Source of the DNA: an uncultured delta proteobacterium
Lineage (GTDB): Bacteria; Myxococcota_A; Polyangia; Fen-1088
Length of the DNA: 64,000 nt
Direction of reading: 5' to 3'
NCBI GenBank assembly: GCA_963767925.1
Contig: CAVYGB010000009.1
Coordinates: forward strand, 128,001 to 192,000
Under the pieces are notes generated by a model, which saw only the letters and a program-made list of their open reading frames with translations, did not search any database and was not told the DNA's origin. The stretch's first letter is position 1; each line of letters starts with the position of its first letter. The translations under genes and the position numbers were made by a program. Below, one piece after another: positions 9,202-18,054 of this stretch.

Positions 9202-9546
9202 CGCCGCTGACGGCGCAGACCCCTCACCCTCGACCCTCTCCCCGCGGCGGACCGCGGGGCGAGGGCGAACAGGTGCGGGGTGGCGAGCGCCGCTGGCGGC
9301 GCAGACCCTTCACCGTCGACGCTCGTCGCGCGGCGGACGGCGGGGCGAGGGCAAACAGGTGCGGGGTGGCGAGCGCCGCTGGCGGCGCAGACCCTTCACC
9401 GTCGACGCTCGTCGCGCGGCGGACGGCGGGGCGAGGGCAAACAGGTGCGGGGTGGCGAGCGCCGCTGGCGGCGCAGACCCCTCACCCTCGACCCTCTCCC
9501 CGCGGCGGACGGCGGGGCGAGGGCAAACAGGTGCGGGGTGGCGAGC
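9202..9546. repeat. tandem array, 4 x 86 bp, of a REP-like palindrome (BIME-like)
   Basis: GCAGACCC recurs at 9215, 9301, 9387 and 9473; unit contains CCCTCACCCTCGACCCTCTCCCCGC...GCGGGGCGAGGG, related to the reverse complement of the 3772 element. Confidence 0.9.
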
Positions 9547-9788
9547 GGACCGTCCGTGGGCGAGCATTGCAGCGACCGGTGCTGGGCGGCGGGCGCACCC
9601 TCCCTGGCACGCCTTGGCCTTTGCCTACAGGAGGGGGCGCGTGCAAAGAGCTGCGGAGTCGGGTGGGGGGGACTCTCGGTCAGGGAACCCGCTGCTTGTG
9701 TTGCCCTCTCCCCGGCCGTCTGCGGCCGGGAGGGGGCGATGGCCCGGACCTCGTTGCGCCTGCCTGAACGCTGCCGCCGCCGTCCGGG

Positions 9789-12161
9789 TCACTCGGTGGC
9801 GTTCTTCTCCTTCAACAGGCGCCACACCTTTTCTGGGGTGATGGGGATGTCGATGTGGCGGACGCCGAGGTGGGCGAGGGCGTCGACGACGGCGTTGGCG
9901 ATGGCGGGGGGGGCGCCCACCGTGGCGGATTCGCCGACGCCTTTGGCGCCGAAGGGGTGGTGGGGGGACGGCGTGACGGTGTGGGCGGTCTCCCAGTTGG
10001 GGGTCTCCATGGCCGTCGGGACGAGGTAGTCCATGAAGCTGCCGCCCTGGATGTTGCCGTCCTCGTCGTAGCTGATCTCCTCGAGCAGGGCGGGGGCCAT
10101 GCCCATCGAGAGGCCGCCGTGGATCTGGCCCTGCACGATCATCGGGTTGATGATGTTGCCGCAGTCGTCGACGGCGACGAAGCGGCGGATCTTCACCTCG
10201 CCGGTGCCGCGGTCGATGTCGACGACGCAGATGTAGCTGCCGAAGGGGAAGGTCAGGTTGGGCGGGTCGTAATAGGAGCTGGCCTCCAGGCCCGCCTCCA
10301 TCCCCGGAGGGTGGTTGGTGTAGGCGGCGAAGGCGATCTCCTGGATGGTCTTCGCGCGCGCGGGCGCGCCCTTGACCGAGAACTTGCCGATCTCCCAGAC
10401 CAGGTCCTCCTCGCTCACCTCCAGCAGGTGGGCGGCGATCTTGCGCGCCTTGTCCCGGATCTTGCGCGCGGCGAGGGCCCCCGCCGCGCCCGCGGTGGGG
10501 GTGGAGCGGCTGGCGTAGGTCCCCAGGCCGTAGGGGGCCGTGTCGGTGTCCCCCTCCTCGACCTGCACGTGGCCGGCCGGGATGCCGAGCTCCTCGGCGA
10601 CGATCTGGGCGTAGGTCGTCTCGTGGCCCTGGCCCTGGGACTTGGTGCCGAAGCGGGCGATGGCCTTGCCGGTGGGGTGGATCCGGATCTCGCAGGAGTC
10701 GAACATCTTGATGCCGAGGATGTCGAACTGCTTCGAGGGGCCGGCCCCCACGATCTCGGTGAAGCTGGAGATGCCGATGCCCATCAGCTCGCCCCGCTGG
10801 CGCTTCTCCGCCTGCTCGCGCCGGAGCTCGGCGTAGCCGATCATCTCCATCGCCTTGTGGAGGGCGCCGGCGTAGTTGCCGCTGTCGTATTCCCAGCCGA
10901 GGGCCGATTTGTAGGGGAACTTGTCGGCGGGGATGAAGTTCTGCAAGCGCAGCTCGGCCGGGTCTCGTTTCAGATCCTGGGCCAGGATGTCGACCATGCG
11001 CTCGATGGCGTGGGCCGCCTCGGTCACCCGGAACGAGCAGCGGTAGGCGATCCCGCCGGGCGGCTTGTTGGTGTAGACCCCGTCGACCTCGGTGAAGGCG
11101 GTCTTGACGTCGTACGACCCCGTGCAGATCGAGAACAGCCCGGCCGGGAACTTCGAGGGGTTGGCGGCGGCGTCGGCGTAGCCGTGGTCGGCCAGGGTCT
11201 TGATGCGCAGGCCGGTGATGGTGCCGTCCTTGCTGGCGGCCAGCTCGGCGTCCATGTGGTAGTCGCGGGCGAAGGAGTCGGCCTGCAGGTTCTCCATGCG
11301 GTCCTCGATCCACTTGATCGGCTTGCCGGTGACAACCGAGGCGGCCACCGCGATCACGTAGCCCGGGTAGACCGGCACCTTGCCCCCGAACCCGCCGCCG
11401 ATGTCGGGGGCGATGATCCGGATCCGCTCCTCGGACAGGCCCACGTGCCCGGCCACCAGGGCGAACACGGTGCGGATGGCGTGGGGGGCCTGGGTGGTCA
11501 TCCAGACCGTGAGCTTGCCCTCGGTCTTGTCGAAGGCCGCCACGCAGCCGCAGGTCTCGATGGAGGCGACGTGGATGCGCGGGATGTAGATGCGCTGCTT
11601 GACGGTGACGGCGGCTTCCTTGAACACCTTGTCGGTGGCGGCGCGGTCGCCCACCTCCCAGTGGAAGATGTGGTTGTCCTTCTTGTCGGGCTTGTCGGTG
11701 CGGAGCACGGGGGCCCCGGGGGCCAGCGCCTTCCAGGGATCGACCACCACCGGCAGCGGCTCGTAGTCGACCTCGACGGCGGCCACCCCGTCGGCGGCGG
11801 TGTAGCGGTCGGTGGCGATGACGGCCGCCACCTCCTGAGCCTGGTACATCACCTTCTCGATGGGCAGCACCATCTGGGTGTCCGACATCAGCGTCGGCAT
11901 CCAGTGCAGCTTGTACTTGGCCAGCGTCTCACCCGTGATCACGGCGAGCACGCCCGGCACCTTCAGCGCCCGGCTGGCGTCGATCTTCTTGATCTTGGCG
12001 TGGGCGAAGGGGCTGCGCACGATGTCCATGGTCAACATGCCGGGCAACACCACGTCGTCGACGAATTTGCCCTGGCCCCGGATGAAGCGCGGATCCTCCT
12101 TGCGCTTCATCGAATGCCCCATGCCACACACCTGGGCGGACGTTCGCGGCTCCGAGCTCAT
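9789..12161 (-). CDS. coxL: aerobic carbon monoxide dehydrogenase large subunit, form I
   Basis: GHSMKRKEDPRFIRG N-terminus, GGGFGGK, active-site AYRCSFR (form I AYxCSFR), QGQGHET, GAKGVGE; ATG overlaps the coxS stop. Confidence 0.95.
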   Translation of the reverse strand: MSSEPRTSAQVCGMGHSMKRKEDPRFIRGQGKFVDDVVLPGMLTMDIVRSPFAHAKIKKIDASRALKVPGVLAVITGETLAKYKLHWMPTLMSDTQMVLPIEKVMYQAQEVAAVIATDRYTAADGVAAVEVDYEPLPVVVDPWKALAPGAPVLRTDKPDKKDNHIFHWEVGDRAATDKVFKEAAVTVKQRIYIPRIHVASIETCGCVAAFDKTEGKLTVWMTTQAPHAIRTVFALVAGHVGLSEERIRIIAPDIGGGFGGKVPVYPGYVIAVAASVVTGKPIKWIEDRMENLQADSFARDYHMDAELAASKDGTITGLRIKTLADHGYADAAANPSKFPAGLFSICTGSYDVKTAFTEVDGVYTNKPPGGIAYRCSFRVTEAAHAIERMVDILAQDLKRDPAELRLQNFIPADKFPYKSALGWEYDSGNYAGALHKAMEMIGYAELRREQAEKRQRGELMGIGISSFTEIVGAGPSKQFDILGIKMFDSCEIRIHPTGKAIARFGTKSQGQGHETTYAQIVAEELGIPAGHVQVEEGDTDTAPYGLGTYASRSTPTAGAAGALAARKIRDKARKIAAHLLEVSEEDLVWEIGKFSVKGAPARAKTIQEIAFAAYTNHPPGMEAGLEASSYYDPPNLTFPFGSYICVVDIDRGTGEVKIRRFVAVDDCGNIINPMIVQGQIHGGLSMGMAPALLEEISYDEDGNIQGGSFMDYLVPTAMETPNWETAHTVTPSPHHPFGAKGVGESATVGAPPAIANAVVDALAHLGVRHIDIPITPEKVWRLLKEKNATE

Positions 12162-12652
12162 GGCGTGCCTCCCGGGTTGGGGGTCGACGAGGTGGCGGCG
12201 GCGTGGCGGACCGCCTTGATGATGTTGACGTAGCCGGTACAGCGGCACAGGTTGCCGGAGATGGCCTGGCGCACCTCCCCCTCGCTGGGGTCGGGGTTGC
12301 GGGCCAGCAGGGCCACGCTGGTGATCATCATGCCGGGCGTGCAGAAGCCACACTGCAGGCCGTGCTGGCTCATGAAGGCCTCCTGGACCGCGTGCAGCTT
12401 GCCGTCCTGCTCGAGCCCCTCGACGGTGGTGATGCGCCGACCCTGGGCCTGCACCGCCAGCACCGTGCACGACTTGACCGGCACGTCGTCCAGCAAGATG
12501 GTGCAGGCCCCGCAGTGGGTGGTCTCGCAGCCGATGTGGGTGCCGGTCAGGCGGAGCTGCTCGCGCAGCAGGTGGACGAGCAGCAGGCGCGAGTCGACCT
12601 GCGCCCGGTGGCTGGAGCCGTTGACGGTGACCTGGATGTCGTGTTTGCCCAT
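12158..12652 (-). CDS. coxS: CO dehydrogenase small 2Fe-2S subunit
   Basis: GCETTHCGACT...KSC and QCGFCTPG...NLCRCTGY. Confidence 0.95.
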   Translation of the reverse strand: MGKHDIQVTVNGSSHRAQVDSRLLLVHLLREQLRLTGTHIGCETTHCGACTILLDDVPVKSCTVLAVQAQGRRITTVEGLEQDGKLHAVQEAFMSQHGLQCGFCTPGMMITSVALLARNPDPSEGEVRQAISGNLCRCTGYVNIIKAVRHAAATSSTPNPGGTP

Positions 12653-12654
12653 GG

Positions 12655-13527
12655 CTATCTCCCTCCTCCGGCCCGCGCGGCGGCGGCGCCCAGCGCCCGG
12701 GCGGTGAGCACCCGGGCCATCTCGGTCTTGTAGTCGACCCCACCCCGGCGGTCCGGGCTGGGGCTGGTGGCGGCGGCGGCGCGCCGGGCGGCCTCGGCGA
12801 AGGTGGCGGCCTCGGGCTTCTTGCCCGCCAGGTAGGCCTCGGCGTCGGTCGCCCGGATCGGCATCGGGCCGAGGTTGGTCAGGCCGATGCCGGCGCGGGC
12901 GATGGTCCCCCCGGTGATGACCAGGAAGGCCGCCGCCCCGGCGGTGGCGAAGTCGCCCACCTTGCGCTCGAGCTTGTGGTAGGCGCCGCCGCTGCCCGGC
13001 GGAGGTGCCGGCACCCGCACCTCGGTCAGCACCTCGGTGGGGTCGAGGGCGGTCGCGAACAGGCCGGTGAAGAACCTCGTCAGGGGGATGGTCCGCGTCC
13101 CCTTGCTGCCGGTGGCCACCACCTCGGCGCCGAGGGCCAGCATGGTGGCGGGGTGGTCGTTGGCCGGGTCGCCGTGGGCCAGGTTGCCGGCGACGGTGGC
13201 CAGGTTGCGCACCAGCGGGTCGGCGATGACCCGGGCGGTGTCGAGCAGGATGGGGTACTTCGATCGGATGAGGGGCGAGGCCTCGAGCGCCGCCTCGCGC
13301 ACCAGGGCCCCGATACGCAGAAAGCCCCCCTCCTCCTTCAGGTAGTCGAGGTCGGGGATACGGCCGATGTCGACCAGGTGGGCCGGCTGGGCCAGCCGCA
13401 GCTTGAGCAGAGGCAGCAGGCTCTGCCCACCCGAGAGGATCTTGGCCTCGTCGCCGAAACGCCCCAGCAGGGCCACCGCCTCCGGCAAGCTCGCCGGGGC
13501 GTGGTAATCGAAGTTCGGTGGGATCAT
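12655..13527 (-). CDS. coxM: CO dehydrogenase medium FAD subunit
   Basis: MIPPNFDYHAP, GGQSLLPLLKLR, VRNLATVAGN.AHGDPAND, RKVGDFA. Confidence 0.93.
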   Translation of the reverse strand: MIPPNFDYHAPASLPEAVALLGRFGDEAKILSGGQSLLPLLKLRLAQPAHLVDIGRIPDLDYLKEEGGFLRIGALVREAALEASPLIRSKYPILLDTARVIADPLVRNLATVAGNLAHGDPANDHPATMLALGAEVVATGSKGTRTIPLTRFFTGLFATALDPTEVLTEVRVPAPPPGSGGAYHKLERKVGDFATAGAAAFLVITGGTIARAGIGLTNLGPMPIRATDAEAYLAGKKPEAATFAEAARRAAAATSPSPDRRGGVDYKTEMARVLTARALGAAAARAGGGR

Positions 13528-13563
13528 CGGCTCACACTCCCTTTCTGTTGAGGACCCTGAGGG

Positions 13564-14322
13564 TCATCGCGACACGAGCCAGTAGAAGAACAGCAGGAGC
13601 AGCACCACCAGCCAGAAGCCGGGCCGCTTGAGCAGGCGCAGGAGGGCGCGCCCGAGGACACCGCCGCCGAAGGAGAGCACCTCGATGGGTGGCGCCTGCT
13701 GCGCTTGCGGCGGCGAGGCGGCGCTGGCAGGAAGCTGCCCGTAGTTGTCGTCGATGGCCTCTCCCGCCGCCGCGGCCGCGCCGGCGCCGTTGGTCGCTCC
13801 GTGGCCGTTGCTCGATCCGCCAGCCGTCGTCGTCGTCCCCGCGCTGGCGCTCGCCGTGGGGGCGGCGGGGGCCTCGAGCTGGGCGCGCATCGCCTCGGTG
13901 AAGCGGCCCACCATCTGGTTGGAGACGTCCTGGATCATGCCCCGGCCGAACTGGGCCAGGATGCCGGTGACGTTGACCTCGGAGGTCAGGCTGACCTCGG
14001 TCTCCCCGGGCGAGCGCTCGAGCAGGCGGCTACTCATGCGCAGGTCGGCGCCGCCGCGGCCGCTGGTGTCCTGGCCCGAGCCGACGATGCGGGCGGTGCG
14101 GGCGGCGGCGTCGAGCGCCTCGAAGCGCACAGTGCCGCGGTAGCGGGCCGAGACCGGGCCGACCTTGACGGTGATGGTGCCCTGGTAGCTGTCGTCGCCG
14201 ACCTTGTCGGTGATGGCGGCGCCCGGCAGGGCCGAGGCGACGCGGGTGGGATCGGTGAGGAAGGCCCAGACCCGGTCGGCGGGGGCTTTGACGACGAAGG
14301 CGTGCTGCAGTGAAAATCCCAT
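13564..14322 (-). CDS. coxG: CoxG (SRPBCC fold) membrane anchor / quinone carrier
   Basis: VWAFLTDP...LPGA, VKVGPV, GILAQFGRGMI; C-terminal TM helix. Confidence 0.88.
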   Translation of the reverse strand: MGFSLQHAFVVKAPADRVWAFLTDPTRVASALPGAAITDKVGDDSYQGTITVKVGPVSARYRGTVRFEALDAAARTARIVGSGQDTSGRGGADLRMSSRLLERSPGETEVSLTSEVNVTGILAQFGRGMIQDVSNQMVGRFTEAMRAQLEAPAAPTASASAGTTTTAGGSSNGHGATNGAGAAAAAGEAIDDNYGQLPASAASPPQAQQAPPIEVLSFGGGVLGRALLRLLKRPGFWLVVLLLLFFYWLVSR

Positions 14323-14343
14323 GCTGGTTTCCTGGGTGCTGGG

Positions 14344-15468
14344 TCAGTTGCGGAGGAGGGGGAGGATCCGCTCGAGCGACGCGAGGTCGTGGGCGGCGGC
14401 GAAGGTGTCGACGTGGGGCAGGGCGGCCTCCATCCCGCCGGCCAGCGGCTGGTAGCGGGGGTCACCCAGCAGAGGGTTGAGCCAGATCAGCCGGCGCGCC
14501 CGCCGCTGGATCCGCGCGACGGCCTGGCCCAGGCGGACCGGATCGCCCCGATCGAGGCCATCGCTGACGATGACCACCGCGGTGGCGCCGTCGACCAGCC
14601 GATCGAGCCAGCGCTCGCCGAAGGTGGTGAGGCAGTCGCCGATGCGGGTGCCACCGGACCAGTCGGGCACCGCCGCCGCCAGCCGGTCGAGGGTGAGGTC
14701 GAGCTTGCCGGCCAGGAGCACCGGGGTCAGGTGGGTGAGCTCGGTGTTGAAGGTGAAGAGCTCCGCCCGGGGGATCACCCGCCGCACGGCCAGCGCGAAC
14801 AGCAGCAGGAACCGGGTGTGCCCCTGCATGGACCCGCTGGTGTCGCAGAGGAAGACCAGCCGCGGCTCGTGGGGCGCGGGGGCCCGGCGCAGCAGGGTGA
14901 GCAACTCGCCCGAGGTGGCCAGCGCGCGCCGGTGGCTCGCCCGCAGGTCGGGCCGACCGCGCCCCCGGGTGGGCACCAGCCGCCGCCCCGGGCGGGCGCG
15001 CAGGCGCTGGGCCAGGCGCTCGATCAGCCGGGCCATCTCCGCCTGATCCCGCTCCGATCCGGCGAGCGCGTCGAACGGCTTGCGCCGGAGCAGGGCCACC
15101 GGGCTGTAGCCCGGCCGATCCCCCGCCGGGTCGTCCGGGGCGCCCGCCACCAGCCGCCGGGCGTCCGGGTCCCAGCGCAGCGGCGGCTCCGGTAGCGGGG
15201 GTCGCGGCATCGCCGGGCGCGGCGCCGGCGCCGCCTCCTGGCCGGTCCAGAACGTGGCGAACAGGCGGTCGAAGAGCGCGAAGGCGCCGCGGGGGATCCG
15301 CAGCGCGATCCGCAGCGCCTGCCGCACCTCCTCCCGGTCGGCGCGATCGACGTGCCCCAGCGCCTCCGCTCCGTCGAGCTCCTCGCGCAGGCTGGTGCCC
15401 GCGCCCTCCGACCGCAGGGCCGCGCCCAGCCGGGCCAGGCGCGCCGCCCAGTCGACCGCGCCCTTCAC
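14344..15468 (-). CDS. coxE: CoxE VWA-domain protein
   Basis: DTSGSM MIDAS motif, WSGGTRIG, SDGLDRG, WLNPL; GTG overlaps the coxD stop. Confidence 0.9.
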   Translation of the reverse strand: MKGAVDWAARLARLGAALRSEGAGTSLREELDGAEALGHVDRADREEVRQALRIALRIPRGAFALFDRLFATFWTGQEAAPAPRPAMPRPPLPEPPLRWDPDARRLVAGAPDDPAGDRPGYSPVALLRRKPFDALAGSERDQAEMARLIERLAQRLRARPGRRLVPTRGRGRPDLRASHRRALATSGELLTLLRRAPAPHEPRLVFLCDTSGSMQGHTRFLLLFALAVRRVIPRAELFTFNTELTHLTPVLLAGKLDLTLDRLAAAVPDWSGGTRIGDCLTTFGERWLDRLVDGATAVVIVSDGLDRGDPVRLGQAVARIQRRARRLIWLNPLLGDPRYQPLAGGMEAALPHVDTFAAAHDLASLERILPLLRN

Positions 15469-16370
15469 GGCGGCGGACCCTCCGGCGGAGCCTGCCGGGC
15501 CTGCTCGATCAGCGCGGCCAGGTCGGCGGACGTGAGCGACGCGAGGTCGCGGCTGTCCTTGAGGAGGCAGCCCAGCGTCTGGCTGGTCGGCTCGGGCTGC
15601 AGCGACGGGCTCTGCAGCAGGAGCTGGGCGCGCACGAAGTCGAGGGTCTCGGCGACGCCGGGGGGCTTGATCAGGCGGCGCGCGCGCAGGGCGGCCACGA
15701 AGCCGGCCACCTCGGCGCCGAGGCGGCCGGAGGCGTCCGGGCAGCGGCTGCGGATGATGCGCACCTCCTTGTCGAAGCCGGGGTGGTCGACGTGCAGGTA
15801 CAGGCAGCGGCGGCGGAGGGCGTCGCCGAGGTCGCGGGTGCGGTTGGAGGTGAGGAGCACGCACGGCGGGTGGGTGGCGCGGATGGTGCCGAGCTCGGGG
15901 ATGGTCACCTGCCAGTCCGAGAGGATCTCGAGCAGAAAGGCCTCGAAGCCGTCGTCGGCCCGGTCGACCTCGTCGATCAGCAGGACCGCCGGCCGATCGG
16001 GGCGGGTGAGGGCGGCCAGCAGGGGGCGCTCGAGCAAGCAGTCGCGGCTGAAGATCTGCGACTCGAGGGCGCTGCGCGGCTCGTTGCGGCCCTCGGCGAT
16101 GCGCAGGCGCAGGAGCTGGCGCGGGTAGTCCCACTCGTAGAGGGCCGTGTGCACGTCGAGGCCCTGGTAACACTGCAGGCGGATCAGCTCGGTGCCGCGC
16201 AGGCGGGCCAGCACCTTGGCCAGCTCGGTCTTGCCCACCCCGGCGTCCCCCTCGACGAGCAGGGGCTTGCCCATCTGCTGCATGAGGTAGAGCGCGGTGG
16301 CGATGGCCGGCTCGGCGATGTACCCCTCCCGCTCGAGAACCTGGCGCAGCTCCTCGATCGCGGGGGTCAC
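15465..16370 (-). CDS. coxD: CoxD MoxR-family AAA+ ATPase
   Basis: EGDAGVGKT Walker A, RLQCYQGLD..ALYEWDY, LLIDEVDRAD, DALRRRC. Confidence 0.9.
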   Translation of the reverse strand: MTPAIEELRQVLEREGYIAEPAIATALYLMQQMGKPLLVEGDAGVGKTELAKVLARLRGTELIRLQCYQGLDVHTALYEWDYPRQLLRLRIAEGRNEPRSALESQIFSRDCLLERPLLAALTRPDRPAVLLIDEVDRADDGFEAFLLEILSDWQVTIPELGTIRATHPPCVLLTSNRTRDLGDALRRRCLYLHVDHPGFDKEVRIIRSRCPDASGRLGAEVAGFVAALRARRLIKPPGVAETLDFVRAQLLLQSPSLQPEPTSQTLGCLLKDSRDLASLTSADLAALIEQARQAPPEGPPP

Positions 16371-17365
16371 GGGGCCTCCAGGTACCGCTGGGGCGCGGCC
16401 TGGAACCGCTGCTGGCAGCCCGCGCAGCAGAAGAAGTAGTCGCTGCCCTGGTGAGTGGCCCGCGGCGCGCGCCCCCGATCCCGCACCGCCATACCACACA
16501 CGGGATCCCGCGCCGCCGCCTCGGCCGGCGGGCTCGCCACCTCCGGCCGCGGACCGGCGCCGTTCCGCGCGCTCGGCTGGTCCTCGCGCTGGCGCCGCTG
16601 CTGCACGATCTCCGCCAGGATCCCGAGGGCGATCTCCTCGGGCAGGTGGGCGCCGAGGTCGAGCCCGGCCGGGTTCTTGATCCGGGCGAGCGCCTCGGCC
16701 GGCGCCTGCTCGGACAGCAGCGCGCGCATCTCGGCGAAGCGGCGGGCGCTGGCCACCACCGACAGGTAGTCGGGCTGCTGGGCGAGGGCGGCCAGGACGG
16801 CGGGCTCGTCCCAGTCGCCCTGGGTGGCCACCACCGCGAACAGCGGCCCCGAGCTGCGGTCGAGGCGGAGCTGGGCCGGATCGCTGGCGAGGCTGTCGGC
16901 GCCGGGGAAGGTGTCGGCGTCGGCCGCCGGATCGACGGCGTGGACCCGGTAGCCCAGCGCCACCCCCAGCCGCACCAGCGCGCGGGCGATGGGCGAGGCG
17001 CCGTAGACAACGAGCTGGGGGGGCGGCAAGACCGGCTGTATGTGAATCTCCACGCTGCCTCCGCTGTGGCAAGTCATCGGGAACACCGTCAGGCCCGGGC
17101 GGCGGTAGCGCTCCGGATCGGGATCGAGGGCGACCAGGCGGGGGCGGCGGTCGGCCAGCGCGGCCAGCGCCTCGGCGATCACGGTGGGCCGGGTGCAGCT
17201 CCCGCCCACCCAGCCGTGAAAGCCCCCCGCGCGGGTCACCAGCGCCATGTCGCCGGTCTGGGCCGACATCGGCGGCCGGCGCGCCACCACGGTCGCGAGG
17301 GCGAACGGCTCCCCCCGGCGCGACAGCTCGGAGGCCAGCTCGAGCAGGTCCCTCCGCATCTTCAT
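16367..17365 (-). CDS. coxF: XdhC/CoxF family maturation protein fused to a C-terminal YHS domain
   Basis: GWVGGSC, MTCHSGG, PAGLDLGA..PEEIA; C-terminal DPVCGM...YFFCCAGC..RF..AP.RY. Confidence 0.85.
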   Translation of the reverse strand: MKMRRDLLELASELSRRGEPFALATVVARRPPMSAQTGDMALVTRAGGFHGWVGGSCTRPTVIAEALAALADRRPRLVALDPDPERYRRPGLTVFPMTCHSGGSVEIHIQPVLPPPQLVVYGASPIARALVRLGVALGYRVHAVDPAADADTFPGADSLASDPAQLRLDRSSGPLFAVVATQGDWDEPAVLAALAQQPDYLSVVASARRFAEMRALLSEQAPAEALARIKNPAGLDLGAHLPEEIALGILAEIVQQRRQREDQPSARNGAGPRPEVASPPAEAAARDPVCGMAVRDRGRAPRATHQGSDYFFCCAGCQQRFQAAPQRYLEAP

Positions 17366-18054
17366 CCCTCCCGGCTGGCGCGCGGGTCGATCGCGGCGGC
17401 CGGCGCGCCGCGCGCCGCCGCGGCCCCGGCTGCCCCCTGCGCCGGTCCGGCGGGCAACTCCGGATCGGCCGTCACGCCGGCGTAGTCCTCGGCCACGTCG
17501 ATGTCGCGCAGGGCGGCCTCCGGCCAGGACACCGCCGCCGCCTCGGCCCGATGGCGGCGCACCACCTGCTTGCCGCAGCCTTCACCGGCCATCGCCAGCA
17601 GCTCCGGGTAGAGGGCCCGCTGGTACAGCATCGGCGGGGCCTCGACCTCGCCGTAGCGGGAGACGACGAGGGGGGCGCCGCTCTCGCGGTAGCGGGCGAC
17701 CAGCGCCGCGAGCATCGCCGCCGTCACGTAGGGCATGTCGGCGAGGACCACCACCAGGGCGTCCGCCTCGCCGGCGGCCCGGGCCACCCCCACCTGCAAG
17801 GAGGCGCGCACCCCCTCGGCGTAATGGGGGTTGACCACCGTCGCGCAGGGCAACCCGGCCAGCGCGCCCGCCACCCCCTCGGCCTCGTGCCCCAGCACGG
17901 CGATCACCGGATCGAGGCCGGCGGCCAGCGCGGCCCGCACCGCCCGCCGCACCAGCGGCTCGCCGCCGATCTCGAGCAACAGCTTGTTCTCGCCCATCCG
18001 GCTCGACGAGCCGGCCGCCAGGACCACCGCGGCCACCCGGTCAGGCGCAAGCAT
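17362..18054 (-). CDS. mocA: molybdenum cofactor cytidylyltransferase (MocA-like)
   Basis: LAAGSSSRMGENKLL, LADMP, DIDVAEDY; located in the cox cluster (CODH uses MCD). Confidence 0.8.
   Translation of the reverse strand: MLAPDRVAAVVLAAGSSSRMGENKLLLEIGGEPLVRRAVRAALAAGLDPVIAVLGHEAEGVAGALAGLPCATVVNPHYAEGVRASLQVGVARAAGEADALVVVLADMPYVTAAMLAALVARYRESGAPLVVSRYGEVEAPPMLYQRALYPELLAMAGEGCGKQVVRRHRAEAAAVSWPEAALRDIDVAEDYAGVTADPELPAGPAQGAAGAAAARGAPAAAIDPRASREG

Noticed and set aside
9202..9546. CRISPR array (86-bp period)
   Set aside because: The whole unit is repeated; the variable part is a diverged copy of the same palindrome, not a spacer.
12162..12743. N-terminal extension making CoxL 984 aa
   Set aside because: It overlaps coxS in another frame; the true start is the ATG at 12161.
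14344..17072. 888-aa and 535-aa fusion ORFs
   Set aside because: These are off-frame extensions; coxE and coxD start at GTGs overlapping the upstream stops (15468 and 16370).
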